Shown here piece after piece: positions 24,801 through 36,400 of a stretch of DNA of 64,000 nt. The notes beneath the pieces are model-generated. The model searched no databases. It saw only the letters and a program-made list of their open reading frames with translations, and was not told the origin of the DNA. The DNA lies in assembly GCF_052425735.1 (NCBI RefSeq), contig NC_135770.1, forward strand, positions 682,001 through 746,000. The letters are read 5' to 3'. The stretch comes from Oculina patagonica (taxonomy: Eukaryota). A program made the translations under genes and the position numbers. Each line of letters begins with the position of its first letter. Positions within the stretch are counted from its first letter, which is position 1.

Positions 24801-27800
24801 TAGACCAACGACCAATGACGGAGATTTTCAGGACTACTCTTACTAGGACGATCATCACTACTGAACATGAACCATTCATTTCCTTTGTCTTTTCATACCT
24901 GTGTGTCCACGTGTGCCATGCCCATTGCCTGTGAACCCAACAACTTCTCAGGGGGCGGGAAGCTCACTTTGCTGTCACTTATCTTAGCGGGTTTGTCGCT
25001 GATTGCGCTTGGAAGCTGTCTGTTTAACCTCATGGATATCGACTTGGTCTCCATTTCGAGAGGCTCGTCACCAACTTCTTTTGAGGATAACATGCTGTCA
25101 CCGACTTTAGTGATTAGAATCCAGGCTTTTCGGGCCAATACTTTTGTCTGTTAAAAGACATGTACACCCACCTTATTTAAAATATATAAGATAATTTGAA
25201 AGCACTGCAAGGCCCTGATAAGCCAAAAGCTATTGGCTACTTAATTGTTTGTCAATTGCTGTATGCGGTTGCTTCCGCTGACGCGATAATAGGATTTCGC
25301 ATGACAGGTAAACGAGATCAAATCATTATTCGTTCGATCACCCTGGATTTGTATTTTAATTCATTTTCACAAGACCGAGTTCTGTCTGTGAACGCTAGGC
25401 TTGTATGGTAAAAACGTGATTCCTTTGCGCCCTGTGAAAATCTCTCTTTACACATGAGCATCAATTCATAACGAGCTAAAGCCTGAAAGAAAACTGCAAG
25501 CCGAGAAAACAAGAACAAACCTTTGTTACGTTAACTTTGTTCTCTTCCACCTCTTCCTCCTCCTCAGTTTCACCTTGTTCTTGAGTCTCAGGTTTTGCAA
25601 CAGATCCATCCAGCACGTTGCCAATTCCCAGCAGCAGATTATTTCCCGCCTTTTTCATACCATTCGGATCTTTTCCGCTTGTTCCGCCGGAGAGGTTTTG
25701 AAACTTGTCCGCCATGTTTTCCAAAACGTCAACTGAGGTCCACTGAGGGAATGCATACGAGTATCTTGTTAGTTTCAACATCAACACATCAATTCTCTTT
25801 GCTGCGGATCATCAAATTTTCTGTTGTTTTTTTTGCATTTTAAAAATTAAAAATGTTAATTCGAATTGTTTTTAATGTTCATCAATAAACCGTTTTTTGG
25901 ATGACACAACCGTCATCATCATTCATGGTTACGTAACAACGTTATTTTCGTCGAAATGAGTATTTTAATTTGGTAATGACAATTATTTTGAGGCAAAAAA
26001 TAAGACGCTTTCAGTACTGCGTCGCCCTAGAAGCCATTGTTATTCAGTCTCGGTTATTTCTGCACAAGACTTTTAAAGTCATTTTAATGACTTAAAAGTA
26101 CTTAAACGGACCAGCCCCCGGGCGACCAGTTTTTTTAAAAATCTAGTCAAATGTTCCTACCTGGGATTCCTCTGAGAGCTCTTCACTTTTATCAGTTGCA
26201 CTGGCCACTACAGAGGTCACGAGAATCAGCCCCTGAAGGTCATCAACTTTGACCTTTGACGAATGTTTAATCATTTCGTCCTTGAACTAAACAAGAAGCA
26301 AAGGAAACATTTATTATCGTGAAAACAGTACTCTCTACTCTCGTGATTTCCCCCTCTTGGGGCCTTTCTCATTTCTCCTTTTCTCCGCCTTGCTTCGATA
26401 GACTTTTTACTTACAAAATGTATAATAAGGAAAAAACATCCTTAGAGACCCACGAGCGGTTATTCGGAACAACACGAAGTAAACCAAGAGGAAAATTGTT
26501 TCGAACTGAAGTCCGTTCGCCCCGATTTTCCTGCTCGGTTTACTTCGTGTCTCCCCGACTAACCGCCCGTGGATCCGACGATGACAAAAGTCGAGCCAGC
26601 ATATGAGTCTTCGAATACATCCACCTCATACCGCATCTCACCACCACTTCAATAAATGAATATTATATGTACGTATCAAATTATTTTTACCTTCATTTTG
26701 TCTTCTTTTTTCAGTTCCTGATCTGGTGTCGCAGACATAACAGACAGCAGTGTACTTGCCAACTGCATGGCTTTCTTGCCGCCATCTTTGTTTTTTAGCA
26801 GCTTGGCAATCGCGCTCTCATTTCCCACAGTGTAATGGTACAGAGTCGTCACGTTTATTGTTTTACCTGAGAGAACCTTTAGGAGAAACGAAACACGTTT
26901 ACACAATGTCTACAGACATTTTATTTCGCAAATACTTAAAACAGCCCCCAGATGTTTTTCTTGAAGAACATACAGTGCAGCGGAAACCGCGTACAGCAGT
27001 TTTCATTTCTGTGACTTTTTCACTGAAAACATGTCTGAAAAACTATCGTTAAAGAAGACCAAATTCTAGCTGTCCTCTCTGGTCGCTTAAACCTGAGAAA
27101 AACGAGTACGTGACCAGAGAAGACGGCAAAATTCATTATATTATAAAAACTACATTTCACGCACTTTCCAGCCGTTACATTTTTAACGCACTTGCCACTT
27201 GTAACAAAATTTTATGCGCTTGCCATGTTTACACGCGCTCACCACTCGGCGCCGTTCTAATTGGTTCTTTAAAATAGTTAGTGCGATATAGGGATTGGCT
27301 TTGCGAGAATTTTGAACTTACTGTCACGACAGCCATCTGTTAGCAATTGCTTTCAAATGAGTTTTTATATGTATTTATGCTTTATAGGACTTTGTTTATC
27401 TGGCGCGACTTGCGTTCCTTCAAGTGTGAGTAATACGTGTGAAGCAAATCTCTGTCAGAAGCGGTTCATGGTCTATAAATAAACGTGTCCGTATTTCGAG
27501 TCAAGCAGCGATATCCAGTTGGATCTTTGTACAACTGCGCGCAACCCTGGGGTACAATGAACTGACCGTCGTAAGTCTTGTAAAGAAGTGGCCGTTGTTG
27601 GGAGGCTGAAATAATAGGAAATGTATGGATGGGTGGGCATTCGGGTTGGAAAATTCTGCATGCAGTTGTATACAGTGACCGTAAGTAAATGTTCGACGTG
27701 GTATTACAGTGTAAACTGAAAGAGCAGAGGTATGGTTATGTGGAGATGTAGGTTACTATTATGCGATACTGGTCGATAACACCGGTTGACCGACGATACA

Positions 27801-30371
27801 GGGAAGTCACGCAAAGCTTGTTGGAAGTATTGCGTGACGCCACTAATAAGTGTTGCATAGGAGAAAAAAAAAACCCACCTTCACTTTGACCCTTCTGAAC
27901 CCAAATCCTCCCCACTTGTCCTTGACGTAGATGTCCACTTGAACTATATTTTCCTTTTTGGAGTCTCCAAGAGGGAGGTTTTTGGTTCTTAAAATTCTTT
28001 GTGTGCTTTCCTGAAGAATTTCTTGCGCGCCCGTACTTGAAGTGTAGCCAAACTGATAGATCAGGTCGCTATCTTTGTCCACCCAACCAAAACACGTGAA
28101 CGTAAAATTGGTGACCAAAACTGTCCCTTCGGTTTTATCGACAGTGCATTTGCCACCACTTGGGGACTCATTTGTGATGAAACTGTGCCTTTGAGAGCTT
28201 CTGATTTTTTCGGTTAAATTACCGTGAAGCTGTAGCTGATATTCCTCGCTTTCTTTCAAGACATTTCCATCGATTTCCAGAAGTGCAAGGTCTTCGTTTT
28301 TCGCTATCTCGACTGACCGGAATCTTCCTTCATCTACCTTTCGATAAAGTGACCATCTAAATTTTGTGTTGGTTTGCTTACAGACCTCACCCACACAGAC
28401 GCCTTCGAAAACCATTCTCTCTTGGGGGTTTACTTTCTGTTTGCAATTCCTTTTGCATCTGTAAAGAAGAAAGTCATTGACAAGGTTTACAAGAATACAG
28501 TATTGAGACTCCAGTGATTTTACATAGCCAGCACTTGTGACACTTGTAAAGAGGAAAGTCATTGACAAGGTTTTCAACAATACATTATTGACACTCCAGT
28601 GATTTTACATAACGAGAAGAATGAAGAGAGGTTACTAAGCTTTGCGGGAACTTCAACATGGCGGACTTGAGAATGCCAGTACTTGTATACAGGTTAGTTC
28701 AATAGCATATAAATGAAAATATTTAAGATAATTTGATAATATTCCGGTAAAGGATTTTAGAAATCAATGCATTGGTAGTTTTCCATAGTTTCATAGCTCG
28801 GCAGTTTCAGAGTTTCTTAGCTCGGTTAGTCATATCGAGGGTTAACCTCGGTGTAAAAACCTGTGAAATTTTTCTTTGTTTTGGAACTATTGTTTTCTTG
28901 TTGTGTATTGTTTCGAGGTTCTTTATTGTCTTGTTCGTTCTTTGTTTTACGTCACTGGTGAGTTTCACAGGTTTTTACACCGAGGATGAGCCCATATTGA
29001 AGTTATGATTACAAAAAGTTGTTACTCAAAGGTTTACATAAATTACTTTTGAATTCTCTCAGACTTTCTGTAACTGTTTGTATCAGGCCATGTAAATATG
29101 GACCATGCAAACGACAATCGGCTGTTTTTATTTCCTTTACAAAACAAAGCCAACAAAGTACAATGAACAAACATCATCATACCTTAATGCAAAACGGCTA
29201 CACAAACCAATTACAGTGCAGGCTATATGATCAAAGTTTTATAGAGCAGGTTTCAATTGAGTGTGTAAAACCAAAACAAATATTCCTCTGCATTACAAAA
29301 AACACAATCTAAAACCAAAATGCGCGCAGGGAAAGGCGGGGTTTTTTTTTTTTTTTTTGGGGGGGGGTAATCAATCAGAGAAAACAAAAAAAAAAAAAAA
29401 AAAAAAAATAATGTGACTTGTATTACGTCCAACTTACCTGATTTCCAGGTCAAAGCTGTATGAAGTTTTCAACACAAACTCGTATGAAACATTTTTCTTC
29501 CGCTTGTCCTTTTGTAAAATCAGTTGGATGACATAACTATTTTTGGGTTCCATTTCATCCAAGAACAACACTGCATTGGGACCTGTATAGTTTAACTTCC
29601 CAGGTCCTGTTCCATAGCACCCTCCGCTGTCTCCATCTCCTCCATCTCCATGCGGCAATACAACTGGGAGTAATGCAGCATTTCCAAAATTCTCACCCTT
29701 TCTTGCACATAGCCATGTATACTTTAAACCACTTTTATCAGCTTTTTGTACATCTGGGTCAAACGAGCTTGAGGCATCTAGCTTGAGATAGGTGTGGTAT
29801 CCTTTAAGAATACTTCCTAGTGGAGGGTCTGTAGACATAACTACTTGAAGAGGCGTTTCTGAGATTCGTAGAAATCCATAATTGTAGTTTAAGCAATCTG
29901 TTGCATTTTTCATTACAACCATGAGTTCTATATAGTAAACACCATACTCAAGGGTGTGATTTAAAATTTCCTTCTGTATGGCTGTTGTACTTGTGAGGTC
30001 AACTTCTTGCATGGCAACCCGTGCAGATTTGAATATACTTTTCCTCCCTAAGATCGCCTTGTTTGAGTTACGTAATTTTGAAAACTTCCAGGTAACATAA
30101 GCTTTCTCTTGAGTCTGACTGCTGATAAATGCTTTTACAGTGTACGAAGATGAACGCTGAATTTTGAGAGCAGAGTCAGGGTTACGAAAAAGGCTTGGCA
30201 ATGAAATGTTTGGTGTTTTGCAGGAGGGTGTGCCTGTTGAATGAAAAGGGTAGTACAAAATTGTTAACATCATTTTAAAATATCCACATCTACAACAAGC
30301 AGGGCCATTGGCAGGGGGTTGGGGGCCCCCCCGGCGGGGGAGGAATTTTTTTGGAGGAAACCCCCCCCACC

Positions 30372-30417
<46 letters not shown>

Positions 30418-33400
30418 ATAGACAAAAGTAGTTCGGAAGGTTGTAAAATTTACCCAAATTACAGCAAGGTTTGAATGTGATTAAGTAAAAAACATTCTTG
30501 AACTGGTTTAGGACCTCCCACTCCCCCGATCAAAGCTTGAACCTCACATTATATTTTGGTCTGAGTAAGGTTGTTAGAAGTTCAACATTTTTTTTAGAAG
30601 GATGAGGGAGGAAAGGAAAAAGCAAAAGTTCAAACCTTCCCAAAAGTTTGTCTCTGATTATGGCACAGAAATCAGGATATTATGTATCTTTATGTACAAT
30701 CTCTGGTTACAACTTTATCACTCTTGTGAAAATGTCAAGAATCTTTGTTGAGACAGACGGTTTTCAAATAACTAGCTTATAATAAGATTGTAGGTAAGAT
30801 GTGTCACCACTCGACAACACAATATAATCATTGTTATTTTATTTACTGGATGTAGAAGTCATCGTACATTTATTTTCTTTGAACTCTTTTAGCTAATTAT
30901 ATCACATGCCTGTGTAGAAGGCAATAGATTTGAATGGATTTACATTTTCCGAGTTATTGGCCTTGGCCATGTTTTACCAGGGAAATGTACCTTGGAATAA
31001 CAACATAACAGTGAGGAACCTTCAGAGGGCTTCTCTTTCTACAAGTTGATCTATGGTTGCATTAGTGTCTATTCATCTTGCTTGGAAATGTTGTACTTCC
31101 TGGCCAAAACTATTTTTTTCTACTTATGCGGTTTTTGGACAAATTTGATTAATAATTTTTACTATTCTGAAAATAACAGTCGACTAACTGCAAGTGAGAT
31201 ATGTCTTAGTAAGTTGGTTTGAGAAACGGTTGGTGGATCATTTTGCTGGCTGATCAAGCAAAGTAAACAAAAGCATACCTCGAGGATCTTTCACAACAAA
31301 GTAGTTATGGTCAAATTTGGTGGAACCTTTAAGCAGTTTTTTCGCTCCAGCAATCATTTGCTTCACTTGAGAATCTTCCACTCCAACTTTGAACTCAACG
31401 ATCAGGCTTCCAGGCCTAAATAAGAACAGTTAGAAGTAAGGATCTTGAGATGCTGACCTGCTTTGTAAGCAAAATCTGTTCAATGGGCCAAATTTTCATT
31501 TATCCATTTTCCCAAATTTCCCTTTGCTAAATACTATTACAAAAAGAGTACCACATGAAAGTACTTCTCAGTAGCTTTAATTTGTAAGAGTTAGAAGGTC
31601 CCACTCTGCACATTGCACAATTAAGGGCACCAGATGAAAGTTATTCTCAGTGGCTTTCGTCTAAATGGTTGCATACAAAGGTCTCATCCACAGACTTGCT
31701 AGTATAGACTAGGCATGTTGGCATTTTCCTTCCTTAATAAACTACCATTTTGGTGCTTGCTGTGATTTAAATGTAATTTCGTACAACACTTAATCGTGAC
31801 TTAGCTAGCTCTTGACAATTCATGAGACCTTTTAAAAAACTATACCTTAGTTGCTCAAGTTTAACCACTTGCACTCCCGGAAGACTGCTGATCTGCCTTA
31901 CCTAGCGAGAAATTACAAATGTTAATGGAATCACATTAATCGAGCAGATGGTTTCAGTCTGAACCGACTTGTACAGAAATAACGTTTATACCCAACTATC
32001 CTAGGTCAAAAACCAAGGGGGAACATCTCATTCATTACTGCGGGTATGATCGCATTTCAAGTAAAGAAACGATTGGATCCTCAATTCGTTTTAAATACAA
32101 GTGGGATTAGTAAAAATTGAAACAATTCCAGGGCTTCCATGACCTCCGATTTAACAGTGCGATACTTTATCAACTAAGCTAAAATGCAACTATTTATGAT
32201 ACTGAAAATTTGAATCTATGTCTGACTAAAAACCGTTAATTTTTTCATCAGCTAGTCAGGAAGGCGCAGAGATCAAAGTACCGCATGCCGAAAACTTGCA
32301 CATGCGGCTGCTAGGCTCTCTGCTCTGATTGGCTGAGAAATGTTACCTCGTTCGCAAGCTTTTCTTCGATGTCTATAAACCCGTCGGATTTTTTGTCCAG
32401 CAGCATTTCCAACGTGCAGTTTTCATTTGGCCATCGGAAGTATAAGACAATGGACCTTTCTGTGGATAAACAAACAAAAATGAAATAGTTTGATTGGTTA
32501 AAGATGATTTGGCATTTAAACACCCAAAAATATAAGAACCTGTTCAGCCTGGCAAAGAAACATAGGTTCTTATACAAAAACATCATACCAGTTTTGGTGG
32601 TCAAAATACTGGATTTCAATTGTGTGCGAAACTTCTGACAAAAAGTTATTATTGTTGTAAACAGTTTCATATAATTTATGTAAATTTATTAATGTAGTCA
32701 AATTAGGCGATCACGTGGTTTATATATTGCACCATCTTGTAATATCGATTCGACGACGATAAACATGTCTTTTGTGTTCACTAAATGGCGCCCAACGTGG
32801 GGCAACTTTCAATTGCAATGCCTCCAAGACTAAAGACTAAACGAAGAAAACACCCGACAAACCAAGTACATCGAGTATGCAAGCGACTACATCGAATTGG
32901 AACGACTGCGAGTTACCGTGAAGGACACCGAGAAAGAAGAAACCAAAATATGCAAGGCGAAGACAAGGATACGCGGCCATGGAGGAAAACAAAGACAAGA
33001 ATATTACTTGCGAAACGATAAAAAACGAAGAGAGAGAAATTCCCCATTTAGTAACGAGATGCGAGCAAGGAGCCAAGTCAGCAACAGTGGGATCACCTCA
33101 AACGACTGCACAGCCAGTAATCAAAATGCAGTCCGTACGAGATTACCGAAGTTTATCTCCGAATTTAAAGGAGATTAACCAAGTGGAATACCTTCTGGGA
33201 TTCTTCAACGGCGGTACACGTAACGAAGGGATTCCAACACGACAAGTTCAACTACCTCAATTCTTCCTTGAAGGGGCCGCCGCCGAGCTACAGTCTTACC
33301 TTAACCGAAGCACTACGACGCAGCAATCAAATTATTCAAGAACGTTTCGGTCGTCCCCAACAAATTATCAGCGCACATATGATCAGCTTCTCAAGGTTTC

Positions 33401-36400
33401 GCCGTTTTTAATGATCGCCCAGCCAGCCTTCGATACGTCTACGATCAATTGTTTCATTCCCGCGGTGGCGTCTCTCGCGTAACCGGATCAATACGGAACC
33501 CTATTCCTTCATTATTCTAAGTTGCCACCTGAGAAGGGGAACTAAGGATTTGTGGAAAAGAATGCTAACGTGATAAAGGTTGAAGTGAAGGCGGGAGCAG
33601 CGAGATGACCAGGGAAAACAAGCGAAGGCGGGAAATCTCAACGCCCGGCCGTATTCATGCACACCCTCATTCACTCGTCTCTCAGCAAGGTGGGAGCTCA
33701 AAATCAAAGTGCCTATGAAGAGTCTGCAACGGTAAGAAATGGAGATGTCAATGCTAGCAAAAAAATGTGCCTCCCAGCCACAAGGAAGAGAGCAAGAAGG
33801 GGGGCGAAGGAGCAAGATAGCCTTCAAGGAAGGAGCCCATACACACACATCTAAGGTCGAGCCAGCACGAAAGGCACGCAGAGAGCAGAAGTAAGCAAAA
33901 ATAAAGGAGAGGGCAGAGATAAAGTGAGAGGGAGAAGGGAAAGTGGCCCGGGAGGTTAAGGAGCCGCACGCCCCCAAGGAGCGTCAAGTCAGCCCAAAAA
34001 GAGGAGGCAAGAAGATAAGGAGAGCGCCAGTAGCTGCGAGCGAGGAGTGGGGGAGGGGATGAGAGGACGCGCTGGGAGGGAGAAGAAGTAGAGCAACAAA
34101 ATCGATGGGCGAGAAGCCCCCAATATAGAGAAGCAGACGATCAGGGAACAGCCAGCACCAGCTCCGTCCGCGGTAAAAACAGAAACCAGTCATAGCCCCT
34201 GGCGTCCCGGAGAGTTGACCGGCGATCCCCACAGAGGATGTGAGGAGAGAAGCAAAAAGGGGGGTGGGGCCCGAGTCGCCCAACAGTCATTGAGAACAAG
34301 ACGCCCTTCAAGAAGTTGTAGAACCTTAATTACAGAGAAATGAAAGACAAAGGATGCGTACAGCCACGTATACGTTAAGTTGAGTCTAACCCAAGTACAA
34401 GTAAGAAAGGAATAGCCAAGAAATCTCGGCCCAGCAAAGGAGCCCCACCTGTCTAGTCACGCATTACTCCTCGAAAAACACAGAGGGAGAGAGCAGCACC
34501 GCTCTCTGAAGAAAGCAAGAATCCAATCTTACTTCCATCTAAGCACCCACTACTAAAATCAAGAAAGTGGCACAGGGAACCTAACCACTACGGAAGAGGG
34601 AAAGAGGTGAGAAGTAAGAAATTCACCTGTAGAAGGGAGAGGCCATATAGACCCCCGACCCAGATTACCAATGGAACGAGTGTCCTGGACCCGCCGTGCC
34701 CAAGGAAGACAAGGACCGCTGTACAACACAAGGAAAGTCTTCAAAGGAAAAGGGCCCGACAAGTGTACATTTGCTTATTCACTTGTGCATCCACAAGAGC
34801 GATTCATTTGGAACTGACACCTCTTTGAGTGTCGAATCATTTCTCTTAGCCTTTCGGAGGTTCGTAAATCGCCAGGGATTACCAGTCACCCTCCTGTCGG
34901 ACAACGCCAAGACCTTCAGATCCGCATCCAAAGATATAAGGAAGAATACAATCAGACGAGAGCGTCTTACTGACAATCGCATCACATGGAACTTTATCAT
35001 TGAGCGAGCCCCTTGGTGGGGGGTTTTTGGGAACGCATGGTTAAAGTTGTGAAGCAACCCTTAAAGAAAACAGTGGGACGCACTACATTGAACTATGATG
35101 AGTTACAAACCATAATGGTGGAGATCCAGGCAATCGTAAATGCTCGACCGTTAACGTATGTCTATGATGATGAAGAGTCCATTTCAACTCCACTTACGCC
35201 CTCCCATCTAATTACTGGCAGACGAATTACCTATGAACCCAGTAACCAGCATTTCCAAGTTGTTAGTGTCAACCAAACCTTGACAAAGCGAGCTAAACAT
35301 CACCAACGACTGCTACAACAGTTTACCAGGGTGGCAACACGAGTATTTTTGAGTCTACGAGAACGTGCTAATGAGAGATGCAAGAAACAAAACAAGGAGA
35401 GCCCAATCTCAGTAGGTGACATAGTAATCGTGAAGTCTGATCTAAAGAAAAGAACATTTTGGAAACTGGGAAAGATTCAAGAACTGCTACCAGGCAGAGA
35501 TGGGCAGATTCGATCAGCCAAAGTCAAAGTTGCTGGCAAGGGAGAGCGAAGCCACAAGTATTAGTAGAGTGATACAGGACCTAATTCCTGTTAAGTTTCT
35601 GAGTGAACATGAGCTTAAAACATGCAATGGAATTGTTTCATTTCAAACATTTTTTGCGAACATTGGAGTGAAAACATGCAATGAAATTGTGTCATTTCGA
35701 ACAGTGAACGAAAAAGTTGTACATTTATCGAACTGTGGACTTTTGAGATTTAGACTGTTGAGTGAAACGTTTTATCACTAAGTCGTGATGCAACCCCGGG
35801 GAGTGTTGTAAACAGTTTCATATAATTTATGTAAATTTATTAATGTAGTCAAATTAGGCGATCACGTGGTTTATATATTGCACCATCTTGTAATATCGAT
35901 TCGACGACGAATAAACATGTCTTGTTGTGTTCACTAAAATTATGTACTGACATTTTTCTGTGATTTCCATATTTTTGGATTTTCACTAGAAATATTTATT
36001 ATTTCCTTTTATTTCAATTTAAATGATGTATATAATTTACAAAGCCCATAATGTTTTGTTCTGTATGTTGCTATTTAGCAAACAAGGTAAGCATTTTTGT
36101 TGTCGAAAATACAAGTGCTAAACCATTATGTATTAGTAGTACAATATTTTTGCCAACAGTTACACTACGACAACCTCTGAAAAATAAGATTCTAGTTTAA
36201 AAGAACCTAATCAGCCTGAATTGTGAAAATCTACCCTAAAATATAAGAACCTGTTCAGCCTGACTAGCCTGACCTCGAAAATGCTAGGTTCTGATATGCG
36301 CTTTTTACTGTAGTGGTACTGGCATCGTAAATAAATGCGATAGTTATCTTGCTAGGAATATAACTCAACTTACTCATTGTGCATCCGTAAAGTTCAAATC

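Larger units (their letters stand above)
32653..35938 (+). mobile_element. BEL/Pao LTR retrotransposon (internally deleted or poorly assembled), antisense in a PKD intron
   Basis: LTRs 32653-32785 and 35804-35938 differ by only two 1-nt indels; TSD ATTAT (32648-32652, 35939-35943); PBS TGGCGCCCAACGTGGGGC; PPT-like cggggag; gag-like RLPK...FKGD...FWD; integrase YICLFTCASTRAIHLEL, SDNAKTF, APWWGGFWERMV. Confidence 0.92.

Noticed and set aside
33501-34283. Minus-strand ORFs as extra retroelement genes
   Set aside because: By-products of the composition-skewed, probably low-quality segment.
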